This document shows, piece after piece, positions 33,518-42,783 of a stretch of 64,000 nucleotides of DNA. The stretch's first letter is position 1. Every line of letters starts with the position of its first letter. The DNA is from Planctomycetota bacterium. GTDB taxonomy: Bacteria; Planctomycetota; UBA11346. Below the pieces are notes generated by a model that was given only the letters and a program-made list of their open reading frames with translations, had not been told where the DNA came from and ran no database searches. Position numbers and translations under genes: made by a program. The stretch lies in assembly GCA_038231435.1 (NCBI GenBank), contig JBBRLJ010000013.1, positions 53,480-117,479 on the forward strand, in the 5' to 3' direction.

Positions 33518-34450
33518 ATGCTCCGTTGCCTCCGCGCCGCCATCATCGTCATCCTGGCGCTCGCGTCGGACCGGTCGATCGGCGCCGCCGAATCGCCGCG
33601 GGGCGCACCCGCCGAGTCCAAGCCTGCTGATCCGCTCATAGGCTGCTGGAAGGCCGACGCCGCCGGAGGCGGCTTCATCCGCTTCGCTCCCGATGGCTCG
33701 TGCGGCTGGATCGAGGGCGACGGGCCGGCGACCTTCGCCCGCGCCGTGGTCACGCCCGGGATGGTGGCCATGTCCATGATGGGCACGCGCGTGCTCGTGC
33801 CGTACACGATGAACGGTGATCGCCTGACCCTGACCAATGAAGGCCATCCGCAGGACTATCACCGCAGCGCGACCGTGCCCGCAGAGCTGGAGCCGAAGCC
33901 GTTGACGCTAGGCGCGCGGAAGCCGGTGACCGCCCAACGCACCGCTACGATCACGGCCGAACTTGCGCAGCGCGAGAAGAACGATCAGGCGGTGCGCAAG
34001 GAAGCCGCGCAGGCCGCCAACGAAGGCGCGGTCGACACCGACAACACCGCGTACCTGACCGCACTGGTGACCGAGCTCGGCTGGATCGACGTCGAACGCT
34101 TCGGTCCCGACGCCGCGAACGCGGCCTTCCTGATCGTCCAGCACAGCGGAGATCTGTCGCTCATGCTCGCTGCCCTGCCCGGGATCGAACAGGACGTGCA
34201 GGCCAAGCGTCTCGACGCCCAGGCCTACGCCCTGCTCTACGACCGCCTGCAGCTGCGCCTCGGCGGCAAGCAGCGCTACGGCTCCCAGATCGGTACCGTC
34301 GGCCAGTCCGGCCTGTTGGTCCTCCCCCTCGAGGACCCCGACCACGTCGAAGCCCGCCGCCACGCCATCGGCCTCATGCCGCTCTCCGACTACCTGAAGT
34401 TCTTCAAGCCCCAGAACGGCGGCAAGGACGTCCCGTTCTCGGACGATTAG
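33518..34450 (+). CDS. Secreted DUF6624-like protein
   Basis: Signal peptide after GGGAG. DQAVR, D..N...L, AAFLIVQHS, YALLYDR...G.KQRYGSQ, RR.AIGL.PL. Alternative start at 33440. Confidence 0.8.
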   Translation: MLRCLRAAIIVILALASDRSIGAAESPRGAPAESKPADPLIGCWKADAAGGGFIRFAPDGSCGWIEGDGPATFARAVVTPGMVAMSMMGTRVLVPYTMNGDRLTLTNEGHPQDYHRSATVPAELEPKPLTLGARKPVTAQRTATITAELAQREKNDQAVRKEAAQAANEGAVDTDNTAYLTALVTELGWIDVERFGPDAANAAFLIVQHSGDLSLMLAALPGIEQDVQAKRLDAQAYALLYDRLQLRLGGKQRYGSQIGTVGQSGLLVLPLEDPDHVEARRHAIGLMPLSDYLKFFKPQNGGKDVPFSDD

Positions 34451-34513
34451 CCCCAGGCAACGCGCCACCCCCGAGCAGCGCGAAGCGCCTGCTCCCAACC
34501 TTCCCTGCTCCCT

Positions 34514-34593
34514 GCTTCCTGGGGGGCAGCGCGGCGTGAGGCCCCGGTCGGTAGGGGCAGCGCGATGTTGGGGGGCCGTAGCCCCCCAACCGA
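34514..34593. repeat. Repeat family A, long copy
   Basis: GGGGGGCAGCGCGGCGTGAGGCCCCGGTCGGTAGGGGCAGCGCGATG core is shared with the 40926 and 56042 copies. Confidence 0.92.
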
Positions 34594-34596
34594 CAG

Positions 34597-35043
34597 TCAG
34601 CGGTCCGACGTATCCGGCCCATCGATCAACGCGATGCGCCGCGCGTGACGCTCGCCCGCGAACGGGGTCTCGAGCCAGACCCGCACGATGTCGAGCGCGA
34701 CCTCGATGGTCACCATGCGCTGGCCGATGGCGATGGCGTTGGCGTTGTTGTGTTCGCGACCGAGGCGCGCGGTCTCGACGTTGAAGCAGTAGGCGCAGCG
34801 CACGCCCTTCACGCGATTGGCGACGATGGCTTCGCCGTTGCCCGAGCCGCCGAGCACGATCGCGCGCTCGCAATCGCCGCGCGCCACCGCCTCGGCCGCG
34901 GGCCTGATGAAGAGCGGGTAATCGCAGGGTACGTCCGATGACGTGCCGAAGTCGCGCACCTTGTGGCCCGCGCCGCGCAGGTAGTCGCTGATGCGCTGCT
35001 TGTAGGCGAAGCCGGCGTGGTCGGACGCGATGGCGATGAGCAT
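34597..35043 (-). CDS. rpiB: Ribose-5-phosphate isomerase B
   Basis: IASDHAG, DYP, GGSGNGE...ANR, R.HNNAN, F.G.RH.RRI. Confidence 0.95.
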   Translation of the reverse strand: MLIAIASDHAGFAYKQRISDYLRGAGHKVRDFGTSSDVPCDYPLFIRPAAEAVARGDCERAIVLGGSGNGEAIVANRVKGVRCAYCFNVETARLGREHNNANAIAIGQRMVTIEVALDIVRVWLETPFAGERHARRIALIDGPDTSDR

Positions 35044-35116
35044 GGCTAGACCCCGGGGGACGTCACGGCTGGGTGCGGCTGTCGGCATTCTCACCCTGGT
35101 GGGCAGGGCGCAACTT

Positions 35117-35172
35117 TCTGTTGGGGGGCTACGGCCCCCCAACATCGCGCTCCGCGCTGCCCCCCAGGAAGC
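35117..35172. repeat. Repeat family A, short copy, inverted
   Basis: GTTGGGGGGCTACGGCCCCCCAACATCGCGC-TCC-GCGCTGCCCCCCAGGAAGC. Confidence 0.9.
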
Positions 35173-35225
35173 CGGGGGAATGGTAGTTCAGAAACAGAGT
35201 GTAGCTATTCCTGTAGCGCAGATCC

Positions 35226-36464
35226 CTACCAGACGTAGGCGTCGAGGAGTTGGTCGAGGGTCTGGCGGGGGCGGGCGAGGGCGACGCGGTCGCCGTCGAC
35301 CACCACCTCGGCGGGGAGGGGGCGGGTGTTGTAGGTGCTGGCCATCGACATGCCGTAGGCGCCGGCGTCGCGCAGGGCGAGCAGGTCGCCGACCTGGGGC
35401 ATGGGCAGGACGCGGTCACGGGCGAAGACGTCGCCGCTCTCGCAGATGTTGCCGACCACGTCGACGGTGGCAGTGGCGGCATCGGGGCGCGTGAGGTTGT
35501 CGATGCCGTGGTAGGCGCCGTACATGGTCGGCCGGACCAGGTGGTTGAAGCCGGTGTCGCAGCCGACGTAGGTGCGTCCGGGGATGGTACGCGCGCCGTC
35601 ACGCGAGTCGGGATTGGCCTTCACGCTGGTGACGGTGGTCAAGAGCGAACCGGATTCGGCGACCAGGAAGCGCCCCGGTTCGAGGCGCAACTCGAGCCGG
35701 CGTTCGCGCCGGTGCAGTTGCGCGTAGCGACCGGCGAACTCGCTCATCAGCGCGCTCGCGGCGCGACCAAGCGACGCGAGATCCATCGCCTGCTCGTCCG
35801 GGCGGTACGGGATGCCGATGCCGCCGCCGAAATCCACCCACTCCAGATGGGGCAGCTCGCGAGCCACCGCCAGGATCACTTCCATCGCGCGCACGAACGC
35901 GCTGGCATCGAGGAATCCCGAACCGATGTGCATGTGGCAGCCGACCACGCGGATGCCGGTCTCGCGCTCGATGCGCGAGACCTCGCCCACCAGGCTGTGG
36001 TGGACGCCGAACTTGGTCATAGGGCCGCCGGTGCAGATCTTCTCGTTGGCGCCGTCGCCGATGTCGGGATTGAAACGCACCGCGCAGGTCTTGGCCCCCG
36101 CGCGCGCGAGCCTCGCCAGGCGATCGAGGCTGCCGCAGTTCACGATGACGCCCTGGCTCATGGCCAGCGCCATCTCCGGGTCGTCCATGTTGTTCTCGGT
36201 GTACACCACCAGCCGTGGGTCGACTCCGAGCTTGAGCGCGATGGCGACCTCGCCGGCCGACACCGCGTCGATGCCGAATCCCTCGGCGACGATGGCGCGC
36301 GCCACCGCCGGACAGGGGTTGGCCTTGATGGCGAAGAGCGGCTGGAACGGCTGATACGAGATGCAGCGCTTCAACGACCGCGCGCGCTCGCGCACGACCG
36401 CGAGATCGTACACGTAGAGCGGCGAGCCGAAGCGGGCGATCAGGTCGCGGGGGGTGGGGGGCAT
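35226..36464 (-). CDS. lysA: Diaminopimelate decarboxylase
   Basis: FGSPLYVYD, AIKAN (PLP Lys), DAVSAGE, KFG, HMHIGS, DFGGG, EPGRFLV, GNICESGD, GAYG.SMASTYN.RP. Confidence 0.95.
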   Translation of the reverse strand: MPPTPRDLIARFGSPLYVYDLAVVRERARSLKRCISYQPFQPLFAIKANPCPAVARAIVAEGFGIDAVSAGEVAIALKLGVDPRLVVYTENNMDDPEMALAMSQGVIVNCGSLDRLARLARAGAKTCAVRFNPDIGDGANEKICTGGPMTKFGVHHSLVGEVSRIERETGIRVVGCHMHIGSGFLDASAFVRAMEVILAVARELPHLEWVDFGGGIGIPYRPDEQAMDLASLGRAASALMSEFAGRYAQLHRRERRLELRLEPGRFLVAESGSLLTTVTSVKANPDSRDGARTIPGRTYVGCDTGFNHLVRPTMYGAYHGIDNLTRPDAATATVDVVGNICESGDVFARDRVLPMPQVGDLLALRDAGAYGMSMASTYNTRPLPAEVVVDGDRVALARPRQTLDQLLDAYVW

Positions 36465-36490
36465 GGCGTCGATCGGGAGTGTGGGTGTGA

Positions 36491-36645
36491 GAGGCTAGAG
36501 GCTAGAGGCGCGAGGCCAGAGGCCAGAGGCGGGGAGGTCGGGCGGGAGGGGGCGGAGGCGGATAGCGGATGGCTGGAAGCGGACTACCGAGAGCTGGCCC
36601 GGTCTTCGGTCTTCGAGCTTCCCCCTTCTCCCTTCTCCATCCACC
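36491..36645. repeat. Degenerate heptamer tandem-repeat blocks in the divergent lysA-helicase intergenic region
   Basis: GAGGCTA x2, GAGGCGC, GAGGCCA x2; GCGGA-type units; GGTCTTC x2 and CCTTC-type units. Confidence 0.7.
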
Positions 36646-36660
36646 CCGCCGCGGACGATC

Positions 36661-38046
36661 ATGCTCCTCGCCATGATCACCCTCGGCTTCGATGACGGCA
36701 CCCTGGTGATCGACGGGCTGGGCGAGCACCTGGCGCTGGTCGAGGAGCTCTGCCGCTGGGACGCGCGCGTGTCGCGGCATCGCGCCAGCGCCATGCATTA
36801 CGCCGAGATCCTGCGCCGGCTGCATGGCCGCGCCGCGTACGACGACCACGCCAAGGCCTACGCCGAGCTCGACCTGAGAGAGCTGGCGCCTCGGCCGCTG
36901 CGCGCCTATCAGCAGGTGGCCCTCGACGCGTGGCTCGCCGCCAAGAAGCGTGGCTACATCGTGCTGCCGACCGGCGCCGGCAAGAGCTACGTCGCGCTGC
37001 GGGCGATGATCGCCGCGGGCCGCTCGACCCTGGTGCTCGCGCCGACCATCGATCTGGTGCAGCAGTGGGCGCGCGATCTCGAAGAGCGGCTCGGTCGCCC
37101 GATCGGCCAGTACGGCGGCGGCGAGAAGCGCCTCGAGGACATCACCGTCGCGACCTACGATTCGGCCACGCTGTTCATGCCGCACCGCGGCGCGCGCTTC
37201 GGCCTACTCATCTGCGACGAATGCCACCATCTGCCGGCCGCGGTCAACGCCACCGCCGCCGAATGCAGCATCGCGCCATTCCGGCTCGGACTCTCGGCGA
37301 CGCCCGAGCGCGTCGACGGTTCGCACGAGCGGCTCGATCTGCTGCTCGGGCCCGAGGTGCACCGCTCGCACATCACCGAGCTCGAGGGAAACTTCCTTGC
37401 CTCGTACCAGGTCGAGGTGGTGCACGTAGCCCTCGATCCCGACGAGCAGGAGGCGTACACCGAGAACCGGCGCGAGTACCTGGCCTTCGCGCGCCGCGCC
37501 GGCGTCGACTTCGGCGCCGCCGACGGCTGGGCGAAGTTCCTGGCCTCGGCGGCGCGCGATCCGCAGGGCCGCGCCGCGATGCGCGCCTACCGTGAGCAGA
37601 AGCGGCTGTCGCGCGCCAGCCGGGCGAAGTTGCGCACGCTGTGGGATCTGCTGCGCGAACACGCCGGCGAGCGCACGCTGGTGTTCACCGAGGACAACGA
37701 CACCGCGTACGAGATCGGCCGGCAGGCGATCCTGCCGGTGCTCACCCACCACACCGCGTCCGCCGAGCGCAAGGCGATGCTCGGCGCCTTCCGCGATGGC
37801 CGGCTGCCGGTGCTGGTGACCAGCAAGGTGCTCAATGAAGGCATCGACGTGCCCGAGGCCTCGGTCGGTATCGTGGTCAGCGGCTCGGGCAGCGTGCGCG
37901 AGCACGTGCAGCGCCTCGGGCGCATCCTCCGCCCGGCGGCGGGAAAAGTGGCGATGCTCTACGAGATCCTGTCGGCCGGCACCGCCGAGGCGTACACCTC
38001 CGAACGCCGGCAACGGCACGCGGCGTTCGGGCAGGAGGAGTTGTGA
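36661..38046 (+). CDS. XPB/Ssl2-like SF2 helicase
   Basis: LRAYQ, LPTGAGKS, DECHH, GLSATPER, VLNEGIDVP, QRLGRILR. Start may be 36673. Confidence 0.92.
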   Translation: MLLAMITLGFDDGTLVIDGLGEHLALVEELCRWDARVSRHRASAMHYAEILRRLHGRAAYDDHAKAYAELDLRELAPRPLRAYQQVALDAWLAAKKRGYIVLPTGAGKSYVALRAMIAAGRSTLVLAPTIDLVQQWARDLEERLGRPIGQYGGGEKRLEDITVATYDSATLFMPHRGARFGLLICDECHHLPAAVNATAAECSIAPFRLGLSATPERVDGSHERLDLLLGPEVHRSHITELEGNFLASYQVEVVHVALDPDEQEAYTENRREYLAFARRAGVDFGAADGWAKFLASAARDPQGRAAMRAYREQKRLSRASRAKLRTLWDLLREHAGERTLVFTEDNDTAYEIGRQAILPVLTHHTASAERKAMLGAFRDGRLPVLVTSKVLNEGIDVPEASVGIVVSGSGSVREHVQRLGRILRPAAGKVAMLYEILSAGTAEAYTSERRQRHAAFGQEEL

Positions 38047-38071
38047 CATCCAGTGGGCGCTGGCGCGAGAC

Positions 38072-38210
38072 GGGAATGTCCGTCGTCCGTCGTCCGTCGT
38101 CCGTCGTCGGGGCAACGGGCGGCGCGAGCGAGGCTCTCGTTCTACCACCAGTCGTCGTCGGACGACGGACCACGGACGGCGAACGTCCCAACGACGGCCG
38201 ACGGACGGTC
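38072..38210. repeat. (GTCCGTC)4 with a degenerate inverted block forming a long hairpin
   Basis: GTCCGTC x4 at 38078-38105 is complementary to CGGACGACGGACCACGGACGGCG at about 38159-38181. Confidence 0.8.
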
Positions 38211-38212
38211 GC

Positions 38213-39496
38213 ATGCTGACCCGCGACCTGCTGCGCTGCGCCGTCGCTGACGGCAAGGTGGTGCCGAAGCTGCTCAAGGCGACGCCCGCGAACCTGGCGC
38301 TGGCCGAGCGAGTCGTCGCCTATTGGCGCGCGGGCATCGGGCAACGGCGCGGCGAACTCGAGGACGGTCTGACCCCCGTCCTGCACCAGAGCCGCGCCTT
38401 GCAGGTGGCGCGCGGCATGAGCCGCCTGGTGCTCGACGGCTGCCGCTTCGCCGAGTCGGCCTCGGCCCATGCGCTGCGCGAGCGCGCGCTCGTGGCATCG
38501 GCGGGGCTGATGTCCGAGCCGGCCGCCACCAGCGACGCGCATCGCGCCGCGGTGGCCGCCGTGTTGGCGGTGGATCCCGAGGCCCTGCGCACCGGACTCT
38601 ACGGGGATCTGCCCGATTTCGATCTGCTCGAGGATGCGCCCGAGATTCCGCCGCGTCGGCTGATCGAGATCTACAACCTCTCGCTCTGCCAGGGGCTGCT
38701 GCTGAGTGCGCGCGCGCTGCGCGTCGAGATCGGCGACACCGATACCGGCATGCGCAGGAAGCTGCTCAAATCGCTGCGCTTCCGCCGCCTGCTCGCCGAG
38801 GTTTCCCATGCCGGCGACAGCACGGCCGATGCCGCCGGCGGCGATGCCGATGCCGATGCCAATGCCGATAGGCGCGGGGTCCTGCGCTTGGAGATCTCAG
38901 GGCCGGCGAGCGTGCTCGATCAGGCGTCGCGCTACGGCATGCAGCTGGCGCAATTCCTGCCCGCGCTTGCGTGCGCGCGGCACTGGCGCGCCGAGGCCGA
39001 GGTGACGGTGAACGCGCGCATCGGCGGGCGCTCGAGCGGCACGCTCGAGCTGTCGGACGCGAGCGGGCTGGTCGGCGATACCGCCTTCCTGGGTCACGTC
39101 CCCGAGGAGCTCAAGACGTTCGGTGCCGCGTTGCGCGCACGCTTCCCCGAGTGGCGATTGCAGGAGGCGCAGCTGCTGCCGCTACCCAGCGGAGAGCTGG
39201 TGGTGCCGGACCTGCAGATCGTCGTCGCCGGGCGCACCGTCGCTGTGGAGTTCTTCCACCGCTGGCATGCGTCGGCGTTGGCCCGTCGCCTTGAGCAGCT
39301 CGCGCGCGGCCTGGCTCCGCTGCTGGCGATCGGTGTCGACCGCGCGCTGGCGAAGACCTCCGCGGTGGCTCCGCTGCTGGCGTCGCCCGCGTTCGCCCGT
39401 CACGGTTTCCTGTTCAGCGACATCCCGGTGCCGCGCGCGCTGGCCGAGGCGGTCGAACGTCTTGCTCCGACGGGCACTCCGCCCGCGGTGGGATGA
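38213..39496 (+). CDS. DUF790 / Bax1-like endonuclease
   Basis: MLT.DLL, LYGDL, YNLSLCQGLL, ISGPAS....SRYGMQLA.FLP, PD...E nuclease-like motif (VPDL...VEFF). Lies downstream of the XPB-like helicase. Confidence 0.85.
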   Translation: MLTRDLLRCAVADGKVVPKLLKATPANLALAERVVAYWRAGIGQRRGELEDGLTPVLHQSRALQVARGMSRLVLDGCRFAESASAHALRERALVASAGLMSEPAATSDAHRAAVAAVLAVDPEALRTGLYGDLPDFDLLEDAPEIPPRRLIEIYNLSLCQGLLLSARALRVEIGDTDTGMRRKLLKSLRFRRLLAEVSHAGDSTADAAGGDADADANADRRGVLRLEISGPASVLDQASRYGMQLAQFLPALACARHWRAEAEVTVNARIGGRSSGTLELSDASGLVGDTAFLGHVPEELKTFGAALRARFPEWRLQEAQLLPLPSGELVVPDLQIVVAGRTVAVEFFHRWHASALARRLEQLARGLAPLLAIGVDRALAKTSAVAPLLASPAFARHGFLFSDIPVPRALAEAVERLAPTGTPPAVG

Positions 39497-39520
39497 CCGA
39501 CCGCCAACGGCGGGCGGGAC

Positions 39521-40762
39521 TCAACCGCTGGCGGCGGCGGGCTTGGTCAGCACCTGCTGGGTCAGCTCGGAGAGATCGCGCGCGAGCTGCGGATCGGTCT
39601 TGAGGCGCTCCTCGGCCTGGCGTATGCCATACAGCACCGTCGAGTGGTCGCGGCCGCCGACCATGCCGCCGAGAGCGTCGAGGCTGTGGCCGGTGAGCCG
39701 GCGGCCGAGCAGCAGCGCCATCTGCCGCGCCTGCGCGATCTGGCGATGGCGGCGCTTGCCGGCGATGTCGCCGGGGCGCAGTCCGAAGCGATCGGCGACC
39801 ACCTGCAGGATGCGATCGAAGCTCGCCACCTCGGGCGACGCGCCGGGCCGTTCGCCCTCGATCAGGCGTTCGGCGAGGCGCGACACGTGGTGCATGTCCG
39901 GCGCGAAGGTATCGACCATGCGCGCGAGCTCGGCGGCCTCGATGCCGTCGGCGGCCGGGCCGGCCAGGCGGCGCAGCAGGGCAAAGCGCGTCTCGCTGTG
40001 CGGCGCCTCGATCGCCACCGCCAACCCCCAGGACAGGCGCGTGACCAACCGGTCCTCGATGCCGCTCAACTTGCGCGGCGCGTGGTTTCCGGCGAAGACC
40101 AACTGCTGGCCGCGATCGAGGCAGCTGTTGATGAGGTGGAACAGCTCTTCCTGCGCGAGCTTGCGGTTGGCGAGCGCTTCGACCTGGTCGAAGACGATGA
40201 CCACGGCCTCCTCGACGCGGGTGCGCAGTTCGCTGGCGCCGCGATCGGCGAGGCTCTGCGCGTCGCGCGCGACGAAGTCGGGGCCGGTGAACTCGAGCAC
40301 GCCGGCATCGCCGACCGCCAGCCGGTATTCGCTCGCGATCGCCGACAGCAGGTGGGTCTTGCCGCTGCCCGCCGGCCCGTGCAGGTAGAGGGGATTGTGC
40401 TCGAGGCCGGGCGCCTCGACCGCGCGCTGGCAGGCGGCGAGCGCGAGCTGGTTGCCCGGATCCTGGAGGAAGGTGTCGAAGCGCTGCTCGCCGGCTCCGG
40501 CCGCTACCGTGGTCTCTTGGCGACAGACGAGGTTCAGCCCGAGGCCGCGCGCGCGCAGCACCCGCCGGGCGAGCTCCGCGGCGTGCTCGCGGAAGACGTC
40601 GCGCCACACCTGGTTGGGGAACACCGCCACCACCACCTTGCCCGCGGCCGGGCGCAGGCGCATGGTCGGCAGCAGCACCTCGGCCAGCTCCGGCGGCAGC
40701 GCCGCCGCCAGTTCATGCATCAGCTCGGCGCTCGCCGCGGCGAAGCTCTCGGTGCCGGTCAT
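39521..40762 (-). CDS. dnaA: DnaA-family protein (atypical, probable paralog)
   Basis: FDTF...N..A, NPLYLHGPAGSGKTHLL, QEELFHLIN, RL.TRL.WGL, domain IV ARQMA...GGRDHSTVLYG. Confidence 0.88.
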   Translation of the reverse strand: MTGTESFAAASAELMHELAAALPPELAEVLLPTMRLRPAAGKVVVAVFPNQVWRDVFREHAAELARRVLRARGLGLNLVCRQETTVAAGAGEQRFDTFLQDPGNQLALAACQRAVEAPGLEHNPLYLHGPAGSGKTHLLSAIASEYRLAVGDAGVLEFTGPDFVARDAQSLADRGASELRTRVEEAVVIVFDQVEALANRKLAQEELFHLINSCLDRGQQLVFAGNHAPRKLSGIEDRLVTRLSWGLAVAIEAPHSETRFALLRRLAGPAADGIEAAELARMVDTFAPDMHHVSRLAERLIEGERPGASPEVASFDRILQVVADRFGLRPGDIAGKRRHRQIAQARQMALLLGRRLTGHSLDALGGMVGGRDHSTVLYGIRQAEERLKTDPQLARDLSELTQQVLTKPAAASG

Positions 40763-40925
40763 CAACGTGTTCCTGCCGGCGAGCCCATGGGGCCACCGAT
40801 CCTAGGTACAGGGCGACGAAGCCAATGCGCAGAACCCGGTCGATGATTTGCGAAACGGGCATCGCCGCGACGATGTCCATCCGATGATGGAGCCCGGCGC
40901 GCCAGCGCTTCTCCAGCCCTCGCTT

Positions 40926-41015
40926 CCCGTTTCTACCCGGGGGGCAGCGCGGCGTGAGGCCCCGGTCGGTAGGGGCAGCGCGATGGTGGGGGGGGGGGGG
41001 CCGTAGCCCCCCAAC
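40926..41015. repeat. Repeat family A, long copy with G13 run
   Basis: Same core as the 34514 copy. Abuts the stop of the PilM-like gene. Confidence 0.9.
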
Positions 41016-42571
41016 TAAAAGTCTTTGATGGCGATCCGGTAGAGGAACGGCTGGTTGTCGACGTTGATCGGTTTGGGCACCTGGGTCAGGCCGGTGATTG
41101 GCGCGTAGCGCCGGCGGATGCCCTGCTCGAAGTTGTGCAGCACCGCGTCGGTACCCAGTTTGCCCGCGGACTTGGCATAGCCCTCGATCTCGACCTGCAC
41201 CTGCTCGCTCTGGCGGGTGACGCGGTAGCTGGTCAGCACCACGGGGCAGGTCGCAGGATCCTGCTGCGCGCTGATCGCGGCCAGCAGTTCGATCGCGACG
41301 CGTCCCGGGCGCCGATGGGCGTCGAGCCACGTGAGCCTGGCCGCCGCCTGGGAGCGCGCATCCTGGAGCTGCTCGAGCTTCTTCTGCTGGCCCTCGGCGG
41401 TGGGCACCAGGCCGTCGTTGGCGTCGCCCTGCAGCACGTGCACCGCCGCCGACGCGCGGCCGATGTCGATTTCGCGGCGGACGATGGCGAGGACGAACAG
41501 GGCGACGATCAGCGCGGCGGCCACGCGCATCGCCCCCTGGGTGCGCCAGAACAGCGAGCTGGTGCTGCGTTCATCCGCGAGTGCGTCGAGCTCGAAGCTC
41601 GGGGCCTGCGACGCGCCGATCACCGCTGTCCATGGACTGGGCAGGGCGGCGAGACGGTCCATGTCCTCGGACGGCAGCGCGGAGAGCACGCCCGAGAACG
41701 GATTGAGCAGCTTGACCGGCAGGTTCGCGCGCTCGCGCAGGGTCTCGGCGAAGCCGATGACCTGGGCGCCGGCGCCGGCGAGATGGATGGTGGCGGGCTC
41801 GAACTTGTCGATCTTCATCTGCGTCTTGGCGAAGCGCACCGTGGCGGTGACGCTGGCGGCGAGCGCCCCTGCCTGCTTCGAGATCAGCTCGCGCAGATCC
41901 TCGGGCGCGCCCTTGCCGAGCTTGGTGATGAGCTTGGCCGCGTCGGCCTCGGACACGCCGCGCCGCTCGGCGACGTTCTTGATCAGTTCATCCATGCCCG
42001 GGGTCTGGGTGCGGATGAAGACGATTTCGCCGTTCTGCACCAGGATGAGATGGAGGCGCTTGCCGCCGACGTCGACGATGATCGACTGGCCGCTCTCCTC
42101 GGGTTCCTGGGCGCGATAGGCGCGGTAGACGCCCAGCGCCGGCGGCAGCAGCGCGGCGAGCTTGCCGCCGTGCGCGGCCAGGCTCTGCTTCAAACGGTCG
42201 ATGAGCTTCTGCTTGGTCACCAGCGCGAGCAGGCGCAGTTCGCCTGCCGCGTCGTTGAAGCCGGCCTGGACCGAGTGCCACGAGACCGTGACCGGATCCT
42301 GGCCGTCCCCAGACATGCTCGCGACCTCGAAGCGCACCAGCTTGTCGAGCCGTTCGGGGTTGGTGGCGGGCTGCACCATGCTGCGCAGCAGCATGTCGTC
42401 GTGGTGGAGGAGCACCGCGACCCGCCCCAGGGGGCCGGTGATCGGGGCGGCGGCCAGGGCCAGCAGGGGGTCCGCGCCGGGAGGCACCGGCCAGCTCTCA
42501 AGGCCCACGATCCGGTGCTCGCGCTCGCGCGCGAGCCGGATCGCCGAGCCGGTGATTTCGATGATATTCAT
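41015..42571 (-). CDS. PilM-like actin-fold protein fused to a TM and a PilN-like domain
   Basis: IEITGSAIRL, VRFE, IVDVGG, FIR, G..S..AE-like segment, IHLAGAGA, LNPF, then TM, coiled coil and VEIEGYA. Confidence 0.78.
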   Translation of the reverse strand: MNIIEITGSAIRLAREREHRIVGLESWPVPPGADPLLALAAAPITGPLGRVAVLLHHDDMLLRSMVQPATNPERLDKLVRFEVASMSGDGQDPVTVSWHSVQAGFNDAAGELRLLALVTKQKLIDRLKQSLAAHGGKLAALLPPALGVYRAYRAQEPEESGQSIIVDVGGKRLHLILVQNGEIVFIRTQTPGMDELIKNVAERRGVSEADAAKLITKLGKGAPEDLRELISKQAGALAASVTATVRFAKTQMKIDKFEPATIHLAGAGAQVIGFAETLRERANLPVKLLNPFSGVLSALPSEDMDRLAALPSPWTAVIGASQAPSFELDALADERSTSSLFWRTQGAMRVAAALIVALFVLAIVRREIDIGRASAAVHVLQGDANDGLVPTAEGQQKKLEQLQDARSQAAARLTWLDAHRRPGRVAIELLAAISAQQDPATCPVVLTSYRVTRQSEQVQVEIEGYAKSAGKLGTDAVLHNFEQGIRRRYAPITGLTQVPKPINVDNQPFLYRIAIKDF

Positions 42572-42783
42572 GCGCGGCTCCGATTGACCAGCAGGGCAGC
42601 ACACCTTAGAGCGGGAGCGGGGGAGGCCAATAGCCCCTGGCTGGTGCCATTCCAGTGCGGGAGCCAGTGCGGGAGCCAGTGCGAGAGCGGGCTGCATGAC
42701 CCAGGGGATTTTTCCCGGCCTGGGCGGCTGTTCTTGCGCCCCTCGGCGGACGGTTTAGGGTCACCGTGAAGCGGGAGTAGCGC

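Noticed and set aside
40763..41014. oriC next to the dnaA homolog
   Set aside because: GC-rich, no recognisable TTATCCACA-like boxes, and partly occupied by a family-A repeat.
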